DNA from: Candidatus Zixiibacteriota bacterium
GTDB taxonomy: Bacteria; Zixibacteria; MSB-5A5; GN15; JAAZOE01
NCBI GenBank assembly: GCA_043819555.1
Contig: JBDREQ010000073.1
Location: 1 to 64,000 of the forward strand
Direction of reading: 5' to 3'
DNA: 64,000 nt
Part shown: piece by piece, positions 50,691-60,407 of the stretch
Layout of the letters: every line of letters starts with the position of its first letter
Position numbering within the stretch: the stretch's first letter is position 1
Notes under the pieces: generated by a model
Seen by the model: the letters and a program-made list of their open reading frames with translations, nothing else
What the model was told of the DNA's origin: nothing
The model's database searches: none
Position numbers and translations under genes: made by a program

Positions 50691-51458
50691 ATGCAGACAT
50701 TTGTTTCGGCTGATAAACGCCGTATGTATGAGGAACTGGCCTGGATTTGGCCGATAATAAGTCCGCCTGAGGATTATATCGAAGAGACTGAAGAATTTGT
50801 CAGGCTTATAAAGGAACATTCTCAAATCCCTGTCAAAAATGTCCTGAATATGGGTTGTGGGGGGGGCCATAACGATAATACGCTTGCCGGGTATTTTGAT
50901 GTCGTCGGTGTGGATATCAGTTATGAAATGTTACATTTGGCCAGAGCTCTAAATCCCAATGTCCAATACGAGCATGGCGATATGCGTTCGGTGAGATTGG
51001 GGCAGGGTTTTGACGCCGTGACAGTCTTTGATTCTATAAGTTACATGCGTACTCCGGAAAGCCTGAAAGCGGCTTTTACTACCGCCTATGCGCATTTAAG
51101 GCCAGGGGGGGTCTTCCTGACCTGTGTTGAAGAAACCGTTGAGACATTCAGGCAAAACAAGACGCTGTATTCAACCCGTGGCCAGGGAGACGTTGAGATT
51201 ACTTTGATAGAAAATTATTATGATCCGGTCCCTGATGATTATTGTTACGAGGGGAATTTCATCTATTTAATCAGGCGTTCCGGCGAACTTTCAATTGAAA
51301 CCGATTGTCATTTGCTGGGCTTGTTTAAGCTGGCGACCTGGATGGATTTAATGACGGAAGTCGGCCTCGAAGTATTTAAACGTGAATCAATTATACCAAC
51401 AACGGACGGGGAGATGATACCGATACTAATAGGGTTAAAACCGGTGACGCATTTTTAA
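50691..51458 (+). CDS. Class I SAM-dependent methyltransferase
   Basis: LNMGCGGG, VDIS..M, GDMR, HLRPGG. Confidence 0.9.
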   Translation: MQTFVSADKRRMYEELAWIWPIISPPEDYIEETEEFVRLIKEHSQIPVKNVLNMGCGGGHNDNTLAGYFDVVGVDISYEMLHLARALNPNVQYEHGDMRSVRLGQGFDAVTVFDSISYMRTPESLKAAFTTAYAHLRPGGVFLTCVEETVETFRQNKTLYSTRGQGDVEITLIENYYDPVPDDYCYEGNFIYLIRRSGELSIETDCHLLGLFKLATWMDLMTEVGLEVFKRESIIPTTDGEMIPILIGLKPVTHF

Positions 51459-51499
51459 AAAAACCGGGGAAGTACGCCAAAAACAGCGCCATCCCCCGG
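51457..51499 (-). terminator. Probable terminator between convergent genes
   Basis: A-run then CCGGGG...CCCCGG inverted repeat. Confidence 0.55.
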
Positions 51500-51523
51500 C
51501 CATACTTTATCGACATTACCAGC

Positions 51524-51637
51524 TTACAATTGCGTATTGTCGTCGTTTTCGCTCAATATTCTTCGGAAGCAAAAAATCCCCATTGCGATTACGCCGCCCC
51601 ACATGATAATTAACATAATCCATCCGCCTAATTCCAT
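51524..51637 (-). CDS. 37-aa single-TM protein, probable MetS-like small subunit of the NSS transporter (not in ORF track)
   Basis: MELGGWIMLIIMWGGVIAMGIFCFRRILSENDDNTQL*; starts 1 nt after the transporter stop, GAGG RBS. Confidence 0.72.
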   Translation of the reverse strand: MELGGWIMLIIMWGGVIAMGIFCFRRILSENDDNTQL

Positions 51638-51638
51638 C

Positions 51639-53177
51639 TTACACCTCGCTTCCGGTTTCACGCCTGCGTTTTTGCCAGGCAATACGAACTAAAATACAGA
51701 GAATCAGGAATACGAATACAAGACCGATGCGCGTACCAAGTATATAAGGTATATCTTTTTCAGCAATTCCTTTCATTAGAATCACGTCGAGCCAATCCTG
51801 GAAGAACCATGTCCCAAGGATGGCAAGCAGAAATATCGGAGTGACATATTTGATGATATATTTGAAAAACCCGGGGACTCTCATATTGGAACCGATGTGC
51901 ATTTCAGCCCAGAGTTTATCGATTCCGAATACCCAGGCCACCAGAATAATCTCTATCGTTGCTCCCAGGACAATAATAAAACTGCCGCCCCAAAAATCGA
52001 GATCGCCAAGAACACCGTTATCAAAAAACCAAATCGCCGGCTGGCAAAGGATAAATGTGACCAAAGCGAAAGCTATTACCGCCCTTTTGCGGCTCATTCC
52101 AAATTCATCCTGGAAAAAACCAACCAGGGGTTGAGTAAGCGAGATTGATGATGTTATCCCTGCCAAAAAGAGCATTAAAAACCAGAGAAAACTGAATAAT
52201 TGTCCGAACGGTATCTGGCCAAAAATCCCCGGCATCGTAACGAATCCGAGATTAAAGGCGCCAGAATTGGCGATTTCAACAATGCCTTCATTGCCAAAAA
52301 AGAAAAACGCCGCCGGTATAATTAGCGAACCGCCCAGTATGACCTCGGCGAATTCATTGGTACTGGCCGCCGATAATCCCGCCAGAGGAACATCATCGGT
52401 TTCCCTGAGGTAACTTGAATAAGACAGAATCACTCCCATCCCAAGTGACAATGTGTAGAACACCTGACCGGCCGCGGCCAGCCATACTTTTCCGGATTTT
52501 AATTCGGAGAAATCGGGATTCCAAAGAAACCCAAGGCCGTTAAATTCTCCCCAGTCGAGAGTAATAACTCGAATCACCAATAATATGCCAAAGATTAAAA
52601 GAGTAGGCAGGGCGATATTGCATAATCTTTCGATACCGCCTTTAATGCCAAAAAAGGTAATCCCGATATTAATTGAGAAAGTAATTATGAAGAATGTAAA
52701 CGCCGCGCTTAAACCGCTAAACCAATGATTGTGTTCGATCCCCTGCAGTCCCGAGAGGAAGTTGGTCAGCTGCCCTCCTTCGCTGGCTTGTGCGAGTGTG
52801 CCGGTTGCAGAGTAAAAGCAATAAGCAAGCGTCCATGACTCGATATAAACATAATACATATAAATAATCAATGGCCCCAAAATGCCAAGAACGCCAATGT
52901 ACTTGATCGCTTTATTGCGTTTCCAGAGCGACTGGAAAATTCCGGGGGCGGAAGAATGGCCATAGCTGCCGCCATACCGCCCAGCCGTCCATTCGACCCA
53001 CATAAGCGGAATCCCAATTAACACAAAGGCGCATAAATAAGGAATCATAAACGCTCCGCCTCCGTTTTGAGCGGCCTGTACCGGAAATCTTAAGAAATTG
53101 CCCAAACCTACCGCGGAGCCCGCGACGGCCAGGATGACCCCCATTCTTGTTCCCCAGCGTTCTCGTATTTGAGCCAT
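51639..53177 (-). CDS. Sodium-dependent transporter, NSS/SNF family
   Basis: RERW, AGSAVGLGNFLRFP, GGGAFMIPY, W.AA.GQ.F.TLS. Confidence 0.95.
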   Translation of the reverse strand: MAQIRERWGTRMGVILAVAGSAVGLGNFLRFPVQAAQNGGGAFMIPYLCAFVLIGIPLMWVEWTAGRYGGSYGHSSAPGIFQSLWKRNKAIKYIGVLGILGPLIIYMYYVYIESWTLAYCFYSATGTLAQASEGGQLTNFLSGLQGIEHNHWFSGLSAAFTFFIITFSINIGITFFGIKGGIERLCNIALPTLLIFGILLVIRVITLDWGEFNGLGFLWNPDFSELKSGKVWLAAAGQVFYTLSLGMGVILSYSSYLRETDDVPLAGLSAASTNEFAEVILGGSLIIPAAFFFFGNEGIVEIANSGAFNLGFVTMPGIFGQIPFGQLFSFLWFLMLFLAGITSSISLTQPLVGFFQDEFGMSRKRAVIAFALVTFILCQPAIWFFDNGVLGDLDFWGGSFIIVLGATIEIILVAWVFGIDKLWAEMHIGSNMRVPGFFKYIIKYVTPIFLLAILGTWFFQDWLDVILMKGIAEKDIPYILGTRIGLVFVFLILCILVRIAWQKRRRETGSEV

Positions 53178-53444
53178 AAATACCTTTCCTGCTAATTAAC
53201 GCGACAATATTCCATCCGGGTAAATATATGTTCCAAAAACTTTGGTCTCCGATGCCGAAAAAATTGATAATAACATATATAAGGCACATGTTGAAACTTT
53301 TTGAGAGTTCATTTTGTAAATAGTATTATGCCGCGGCCCCCTTGTCAATATTAATATTTACCTCTTGCATTTTGTTTTTGTTGACCGGAATGAGACATGA
53401 GATTATTTATACTTAAGCCAATATATGAAAGGAGATATCATTAA

Positions 53445-54086
53445 ATGATGAGGATTGTAAAATATTTTATTATTGTCTGCCTGATCGCCGGATCAGCATC
53501 GGGGCAGTTTTTGGGGCAAATGACGTCGGCAGATTGTCTTGAAAAAGGGAAGAATATTGGCGGAGGTTATTTAATTATTGCCGAAGACGCATTGGGCGTC
53601 GTCGGTTCCTGGCGGATGGGATTAGGAGAGTATCTTGAGGGCCGTATTAGGGGCGGACTTCTTGATCCTGAAGGAAACGGCGTAAATTTAATACTTGGCG
53701 CGGATGCCAAATATCAATTATGGGAATATATCAAGGGGGAAAATCCTTTTGATATGTCTCTCGGAACCGGAATAGAGTATTCAAAATTTGATAATGGGAA
53801 ATTGTTAGGCCTGACCGGTTCGATAATCGGTTCGCATTTGCATGTTTTGAAGGGCGGGCAAAGTATCGAATCGTATGCTCAATTGCATTTGCGTCTCGAG
53901 CGAATCTCGACCGATGATTTTTATCTATCAAATGTCAAGATTAGCGGCGGTTCCGATTCCAAACTCAGGATGGGCGGCAGCATCGGGGCTGTTTTTAGCG
54001 TGATGTCGCTGGCGGATTTTACGATTGAATTGCAGCTGGATGACCAATTCGCGATTATGGCCGGACTCGATTTGTTCGAGTTTTAA
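53445..54086 (+). CDS. Outer-membrane beta-barrel protein
   Basis: Signal peptide (ASG|Q), amphipathic strands, C-terminal Phe. Confidence 0.65.
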   Translation: MMRIVKYFIIVCLIAGSASGQFLGQMTSADCLEKGKNIGGGYLIIAEDALGVVGSWRMGLGEYLEGRIRGGLLDPEGNGVNLILGADAKYQLWEYIKGENPFDMSLGTGIEYSKFDNGKLLGLTGSIIGSHLHVLKGGQSIESYAQLHLRLERISTDDFYLSNVKISGGSDSKLRMGGSIGAVFSVMSLADFTIELQLDDQFAIMAGLDLFEF

Positions 54087-54120
54087 ATTTGGAATATTCA
54101 TTTCATAGAATTGAACATAG

Positions 54121-54906
54121 ATGGAATTTTGGGATGTTCTAATTTTAGGCACAATTCAGGGGCTGACTGAATTTTTGCCGATTTCTTCATCAGGCCATCT
54201 GGTCATTAGCCAGTACTTGCTGGGAATCAAAGCCCCGGGAGTCAGCCTTGAAATCTGGCTGCATTTTGGGACGCTCATTGCAGTGCTGGTTTATTATTTT
54301 AGGCGTCTCCTCGAAATCGCAAAAGCCTTAATTGGGAGATCTGAAAACCGGGATGAAAACCTTCGCTTATTAATGGCAATTATTATTGGAACTACACCGG
54401 CCGCGGTTATTGGTTTATCTTTCAAATCATCAATTGAAGCCGCCTTTGGTTCGCCATCATTTGTATCAGCCATGCTTGTCGTCACAGGGGTTATCCTCCT
54501 TCTAAGCGGTTTGGCCCGCAATAAAAACCTGCAAATCAACATGCCTCGCGGATTGGGTATTGGGATGGCTCAGGCTCTGGCTATTTTGCCCGGACTTTCC
54601 CGCTCCGGAAGTACAATCACATGTGCCATGCTTCTGGGCGTCAAACCCAAACAAGCCGCGGAGTTTTCATTTTTGCTTGCCATACCGGCAATCGGGGGGG
54701 CCTTTGTTCTTGATTTAATTTCGAGTGATATTTCAGTCTGGTCTGGCAATGAATTAGGATTATTTTTAATTGGAGCTTTAGTATCCTTTGTAATTGGATT
54801 GCTTTCGATTCATTATCTTCTGAAGTTGATTGCACGGGGAAAGTTCTATATTTTTGGATTTTATTGCTTTGCCGCGGGAATTATTTCTTATATATTTATC
54901 AACTGA
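54121..54906 (+). CDS. uppP: Undecaprenyl-diphosphate phosphatase
   Basis: QGLTEFLPISSSGHL, PGLSRSGSTI, FSFLL.IP. Confidence 0.97.
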   Translation: MEFWDVLILGTIQGLTEFLPISSSGHLVISQYLLGIKAPGVSLEIWLHFGTLIAVLVYYFRRLLEIAKALIGRSENRDENLRLLMAIIIGTTPAAVIGLSFKSSIEAAFGSPSFVSAMLVVTGVILLLSGLARNKNLQINMPRGLGIGMAQALAILPGLSRSGSTITCAMLLGVKPKQAAEFSFLLAIPAIGGAFVLDLISSDISVWSGNELGLFLIGALVSFVIGLLSIHYLLKLIARGKFYIFGFYCFAAGIISYIFIN

Positions 54907-56468
54907 TGCGGAATATTTTTATCATACGTCTGGGCCGTTTGGGAGATGTCACGCTTACCGGACCGACTATCAAAAATCTGCGCTTTCTTTACCCGGATTC
55001 AAAAATATCGTATATCACCCGTGAACCCTATCAATCTCTATGCCATTCGCTTTTCGGAGTCGACGAAGTATTGACCTTTCCTAACGAAGGGTCGTATCTC
55101 GATTTGGTAAAATTATCAATCAAACTGGATGATTTTCAGCCCGACCTGGTTGTTGATTTGCATAAAAATTTCCGTTCCTTTCATCTCGCCAATTTATGTA
55201 AAGCTCGCTATAAGGTCGTATATAAGAAGAGGCGCAAAGAAAGGCAGGCAGCAGTCAACGAGAAGATCTTTGTTTCGCCAATACCGCATACCATTGACCA
55301 GTATAATCTGGTAATAGATAAACTTAAGGGCGAACGCATCGCCCGAAGGCCTGATATTTTTATTCCCTATGATAAATTGTCGGATTGTAATTTTCGAAGA
55401 GAGGGCGTGGCCATCGCGCCGGGCGCCGGATCATCCGTTAAATGCTGGCCAATTGAGAACTTTGTTTCGGTAATTGAAAAATTAATCGGTGATTTTAATT
55501 TCCCGATATCGTTATTTCTATCTTCGTCGGATGATGCCATCGCGGATAAAATTTCTCATTTTCCGGCCGATAGAGTTTCGATTTTTTGGGATGAACCGTT
55601 GGATCGGATTGGTGAAATCCTATCGCAGTACCGCCTGAGCCTGACCAATGATTCCGGATTAATGCATATCTCTTCGGCGGCCGGGACTCCGACTCTGGGA
55701 CTGTTCGGCCCAACCCATGAGCAACTTGGATTTTACCCTCTGGGAGTTCATGATGTGATGCTGGGAACGGATGAGAAATGCCGACCCTGTTCGCTTCATG
55801 GTAATGTCCCCTGTTATCGAGAAAAGCAATACTGTTTCACTCGCATGACGGTCGATTTTGTCTATAAGCAGATGATCCGAATTCTCGATAAAGAAAATCT
55901 TTGTCCGGCGGTATTTATAGATCGTGACGGGACGTTGATTGTTGATGAGCATTATCTGGCCAATCCGGATAAAATCAAATTTATCGATGGATCGATTAAT
56001 GCTCTGCATAGATTAAAAAAGGCAGGTTTTAAAATCGTAATTGTCTCCAATCAATCAGGCGTAGCTCGAGGGTTTTTCCCCGAAGAAGCCGTTGTGAAAG
56101 TGCATAATCGTCTTGAGGCATTGCTGAAAGAAAACGGTATTGAAATTGATGATATTAGATTTTGTCCCTACCATCCGGACGGTGATGTTCCCGAATATAC
56201 AAAGGAAGATGAATGCCGCAAACCTCGGCCTGGAATGCTTGAAAAAAGCGCGATGGAATTGGGAATTGATTTAAAAAGATCATATATGATTGGAGATAAA
56301 CTATCGGATGTCCAATGCGGCCAGGCCGCGGGAGCGATCCCAGTTTTAGTGCGAACCGGTTACGGAATGGAAACCGAAAAAGATTACCCCGCCGCGCCGT
56401 ATCCGCCTCCGTATTTTTTATGCGATAATCTAAGCGCCGCCGCCGACAGGATATTGTCGAAATCATGA
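54906..56468 (+). CDS. Fusion: GT9 heptosyltransferase + D-glycero-D-manno-heptose-1,7-bisphosphate phosphatase (GmhB)
   Basis: N-terminal RLG.LGDV, NDSG.MH, LFGPT; C-terminal FIDRDGTL, SNQSG, CPYHP..CRKP, MIGDK.SD in one reading frame. Confidence 0.88.
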   Translation: MRNIFIIRLGRLGDVTLTGPTIKNLRFLYPDSKISYITREPYQSLCHSLFGVDEVLTFPNEGSYLDLVKLSIKLDDFQPDLVVDLHKNFRSFHLANLCKARYKVVYKKRRKERQAAVNEKIFVSPIPHTIDQYNLVIDKLKGERIARRPDIFIPYDKLSDCNFRREGVAIAPGAGSSVKCWPIENFVSVIEKLIGDFNFPISLFLSSSDDAIADKISHFPADRVSIFWDEPLDRIGEILSQYRLSLTNDSGLMHISSAAGTPTLGLFGPTHEQLGFYPLGVHDVMLGTDEKCRPCSLHGNVPCYREKQYCFTRMTVDFVYKQMIRILDKENLCPAVFIDRDGTLIVDEHYLANPDKIKFIDGSINALHRLKKAGFKIVIVSNQSGVARGFFPEEAVVKVHNRLEALLKENGIEIDDIRFCPYHPDGDVPEYTKEDECRKPRPGMLEKSAMELGIDLKRSYMIGDKLSDVQCGQAAGAIPVLVRTGYGMETEKDYPAAPYPPPYFLCDNLSAAADRILSKS

Positions 56469-57463
56469 TTCGAGAAGCGTTATATCAAAAAAAACTGGAG
56501 AATAGTCGGGTACAATGCTTATTATGTCCGGCTTTCTGTCGACTGAGACCGAGTCAGCGAGGCATTTGTCATTCCCGATTTAACCAGGATGGCAGGCTGG
56601 TTACTGACAATTTTGGAGAAACGGTTACGATTGTCATTGATCCTATTGAAAAAAAGCCTCTCTATCATTTTAAACCGGCGACGAATATTGTTTCAATAGG
56701 CGCCAACGGATGCAATTTATCCTGCCGCCATTGCCAGAATTGGCAAATATCTCAGGAGAGAGTTTCGACTGTCTATATTGATCCGGAGAAACTGCCGGAA
56801 ATTGCCGCACAAAAAAACTCAATCGGAATCGCTTATACCTATACTGAACCAATTATCTGGTATGAATATATTATGGAAGCGGCTCCATTAATAAGAAATG
56901 CCGGCCTAAATAATGTCATGGTTTCGAACGGATACATTAATCCTAAGCCCCTTGAGAAATTACTTCCTTATATTGACGCCTTTAATATTGATCTCAAGGG
57001 AATTAAACCGGAGTTTTATAAGCGTATTTGCAAAGGCAAGCTTGAGCCTGTTCTGGAAGTAATTAAAATTATCGCAAACTCGTCGGCCCATATTGAATTG
57101 ACCAATTTGATTATACCCGGTTTGAATGATGACGAAAGTGATTTTCATAAACTGGGCGAATTTGTCAATTCCGTTGACGGAACTATTCCAGTGCATTTGT
57201 CGGCGTATCACCCAAGCTACAATCTAAATAATCCCCCAACGCCGGAAAAAACTATGAGACAGGCTTATTCTATTTTAAAAAAGTATGTCAATAATGTGTT
57301 CGTGGGGAATATGGCTCTTGATGAATTGGGCAATAGCCGCTGCCCTTCATGTAATCAGGTTCTTATAAAACGACAAAGCTATCGGATAGATATTACAGGT
57401 TTAGATGAAAAAGGAATTTGTTCGTCATGCCATGCCGAAACTGGTATTGTCACAGGGAATTAG
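56465..57463 (+). CDS. AmmeMemoRadiSam-system radical SAM enzyme
   Basis: CLLCP..C, DPIEKKPLYHF, CNLSCRHCQNWQISQ, YTYTEP, C-terminal CxxC pairs. Confidence 0.92.
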   Translation: MIREALYQKKLENSRVQCLLCPAFCRLRPSQRGICHSRFNQDGRLVTDNFGETVTIVIDPIEKKPLYHFKPATNIVSIGANGCNLSCRHCQNWQISQERVSTVYIDPEKLPEIAAQKNSIGIAYTYTEPIIWYEYIMEAAPLIRNAGLNNVMVSNGYINPKPLEKLLPYIDAFNIDLKGIKPEFYKRICKGKLEPVLEVIKIIANSSAHIELTNLIIPGLNDDESDFHKLGEFVNSVDGTIPVHLSAYHPSYNLNNPPTPEKTMRQAYSILKKYVNNVFVGNMALDELGNSRCPSCNQVLIKRQSYRIDITGLDEKGICSSCHAETGIVTGN

Positions 57464-57599
57464 TTATATTATCGACTGCAGTAAGAGTATTCAGAGGTCG
57501 ATATATTTTAATATCAGGGATTTAAAGCGTTTTGGTTGGAGAGACTGCAATTATCATATGTGGGCGGGAACACGACTTGATTGCTGACCGTTTTGAATT

Positions 57600-60407
57600 A
57601 TGATGAGATTAAAATATTTTTTAATTAGTTTTTCAGTTGTCGTTATTGCCGGATTTTTGTCAATTGAGCAAGCGAATGCCCAATTCTATTTTGGCAAAAA
57701 TAAAATTCAATACACAAATTTTGACTGGCAAGTTATGACGACAGAGCATTTCAAAATATATTTCTATCCCGCCGAAACGGAATTGGCGGAAATCGCAGCC
57801 AGGTCCGCCGAAGAATCTTACAAACGTCTCGCGTCGTTTTTTAATCATGAAATATATGAGATTACGCCTCTTATTATTTATAGCAATCCCAATTATTTTG
57901 TTCAAACCAATACGACTTTTTCTTTTTTACCTGAAAATGTGGCCGGTTTTACTGAACATATGAAGGGGCGGGTGGTCGTGCCATTCAACGGTTCCTATTC
58001 TGATTTTAATGATGTCATCTGGCATGAAATGGTCCACGTCTTCACCTTCGCCAAGATTGGGCAGAAGATTCAGGATTACGGCCGTATGGCGTCGGCTTTT
58101 CCTCCTCAATGGTTTATTGAGGGGCTGGCTAATTACTGGTCGCGCGAATGGGACAGCGAAGGCGACATGGTTTTGAGGGATATGGTCATTAATGGAAATC
58201 TGCCGTCTATAAAAAACATGTGGATTTATAACAACACCTATTATGTATATAAACTGGGCGAATCTATCTGTCATTTTATCGCTGACGAATATGGCGAAGA
58301 CAAAATGACAGAGATATTTGAGAATTGGTCATTGGGGAAAACATTTGATGATGTTATCACCTTTACACTCGGGAAAAATTTGGATGAACTTTCCGAAAAA
58401 TGGTCATATTTTCTCAAGAAAAAATATTTCCCGCAGATTGCTAATCTTGATTTGCCCGATAAAAGAGCTACCAGACTGACCGACAGGATATTCGCCGTTC
58501 GCCCGGTACCCGTGACTATGACCAACAAAAACGGCATCGAAGAGCCGTGGGTGATATACAAGGCCAACAAAGTTGGGTACTCGGCGATTTATATGCAACC
58601 CGCAATGGGGGAAAGCAAGCAAGTTATAACTCTTTTGAAGGGCGAACGATCGGCCAAGTACGAGTCATTGCACCTATTGTCAAGCGGAGTAGACCAATTT
58701 GACAATAAACTTCTGGCATTTGCCTCAAAATCGCAGGAACGTGATGTCTTGTACATATATGATTTGGAACACCGGAAAGTTATCACAAAGTATGAATTTG
58801 AAAATCTTATCGGATTAGTGTCGCCTCGATTTTCGCCTGAAGGCGATCGAGTTGTCTTTACCGGATATCAATTGGGCGGCTATGCCGACATCTATATGAT
58901 ATATCTGAAATCGGGCGAAATTATTCAACTTACCAATGATATTTATAATGATCTTGATCCATCCTTCGGATTCGAAGGAAACTCCATTTTGTTCTCATCC
59001 GATCGCGGCGGTTATGGATACGATGGATACATGTCCCTCTATCGAATCAATGTGCAGGATCGCCAAATGAAACGAATTACATATGGCAAATGCCATGACC
59101 GATATCCTTCAGAGAGCCCCGATGGACAACAACTGATATTTTCCTCCGATCGCGGCGAAGAAAGATCGTTTAATATTTTTAGCCTCGAACGCGAGCGAAG
59201 GCTTTCCAAAGTAACCGAATATTTAACCGGAGCATTTGATCCCCGCTTTAATAAAGGCGGAGATGAGGTTTATTTTTATGCCTACCAAAACCGTGGTTTT
59301 CATTTGTTTCGTTCAGACATAAATATTCTGGAGACCGTCCCCGTCGATGAAAACGAAAATTTTGAAATTCGCTGGATACCTGAAAAGATAGGCATAGAAG
59401 CAAGCGAATCAACAGTAAAGTATAAAACCGATTATTCACTTGATATCGCGCAATCGACAATCGCCTATGATGGAGTTTACGGGACTATCGGGGGTATTCA
59501 AGCGGCAGTGAGTGATATGCTCGGCAACAATATGTGGATATTCCTGCTTTCAAATACGGCTCAAACTAAGGACGATATATTGACCAGTTTCAATCTTGGT
59601 GTGACTTATCTGAGACGAACTAACAGACTTAATTGGGGACTGGGAGTTTTTCATTTATATAATGAGTACTATAACGATTATGACGGTTATTACTTTGAGC
59701 GGCTCATCGGCGGAGTCGGTTTATTAAGTTATCCCCTTACAAAATTCGACCGCATCGAAACGTCGCTGTTTTTGAGATATAGCGAAAAAGAAAGATTTGC
59801 AGGCCTATGGAAGCGAAAGGCAATTCCGGCTACACAATTATTCAGTTTTATCAGCGATAATACGCTTTGGGAGCCTCTTGGTCCGGTTGAGGGACGGCGG
59901 CTTAATCTGACAGTCGGTTACAGTTTCGATTTGAATTCGGCCGAGACATTTAACCGCTTGGCGTCTATTGATTTTCGGCATTATTTAAGATTGGGCAGTC
60001 GCTCATCCTTTGCCAGCCGTTTCTTCGCCTATTCATCATCGGGAGCTGAACCGCAGAGAATATACCTTGGAGGAAGCTGGTCATTCAGGGGATACAGCCG
60101 TCGGCATTTCTATAATAGAAACATATTGTTCAATTCAATGGAACTTAGATTTCCACTGATAAACAATTTGATAATTGGATTCCCGATTGGCGCCATGAAA
60201 TTTAGCGGAATTCGGGGGGCCTTATTCCATGACGCCGGAACCGCCTGGGATGATAACTGGATTGGATGGAGAGGTTCTTTTGGAGCATCAATACGGGTAG
60301 CCCTCGGTTATCTGGTTGTCCTAAGATTTGATTTCTCGCGAATTCATAACTTTCGAGGCATCTCAAAAAGTACACGGGCAGATTTCTTTTTCGGGTGGAA
60401 TTTCTAA
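57600..60407 (+). CDS. Omp85/BamA-family barrel with N-terminal zincin peptidase-like and TolB/PD40 propeller domains
   Basis: FGKNKIQY, HEMVH + WFIEGLA, SPEG/SPDG..FSSDR repeats, LGG...RGY, ELRFP, terminal F. Confidence 0.8.
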   Translation: MMRLKYFLISFSVVVIAGFLSIEQANAQFYFGKNKIQYTNFDWQVMTTEHFKIYFYPAETELAEIAARSAEESYKRLASFFNHEIYEITPLIIYSNPNYFVQTNTTFSFLPENVAGFTEHMKGRVVVPFNGSYSDFNDVIWHEMVHVFTFAKIGQKIQDYGRMASAFPPQWFIEGLANYWSREWDSEGDMVLRDMVINGNLPSIKNMWIYNNTYYVYKLGESICHFIADEYGEDKMTEIFENWSLGKTFDDVITFTLGKNLDELSEKWSYFLKKKYFPQIANLDLPDKRATRLTDRIFAVRPVPVTMTNKNGIEEPWVIYKANKVGYSAIYMQPAMGESKQVITLLKGERSAKYESLHLLSSGVDQFDNKLLAFASKSQERDVLYIYDLEHRKVITKYEFENLIGLVSPRFSPEGDRVVFTGYQLGGYADIYMIYLKSGEIIQLTNDIYNDLDPSFGFEGNSILFSSDRGGYGYDGYMSLYRINVQDRQMKRITYGKCHDRYPSESPDGQQLIFSSDRGEERSFNIFSLERERRLSKVTEYLTGAFDPRFNKGGDEVYFYAYQNRGFHLFRSDINILETVPVDENENFEIRWIPEKIGIEASESTVKYKTDYSLDIAQSTIAYDGVYGTIGGIQAAVSDMLGNNMWIFLLSNTAQTKDDILTSFNLGVTYLRRTNRLNWGLGVFHLYNEYYNDYDGYYFERLIGGVGLLSYPLTKFDRIETSLFLRYSEKERFAGLWKRKAIPATQLFSFISDNTLWEPLGPVEGRRLNLTVGYSFDLNSAETFNRLASIDFRHYLRLGSRSSFASRFFAYSSSGAEPQRIYLGGSWSFRGYSRRHFYNRNILFNSMELRFPLINNLIIGFPIGAMKFSGIRGALFHDAGTAWDDNWIGWRGSFGASIRVALGYLVVLRFDFSRIHNFRGISKSTRADFFFGWNF

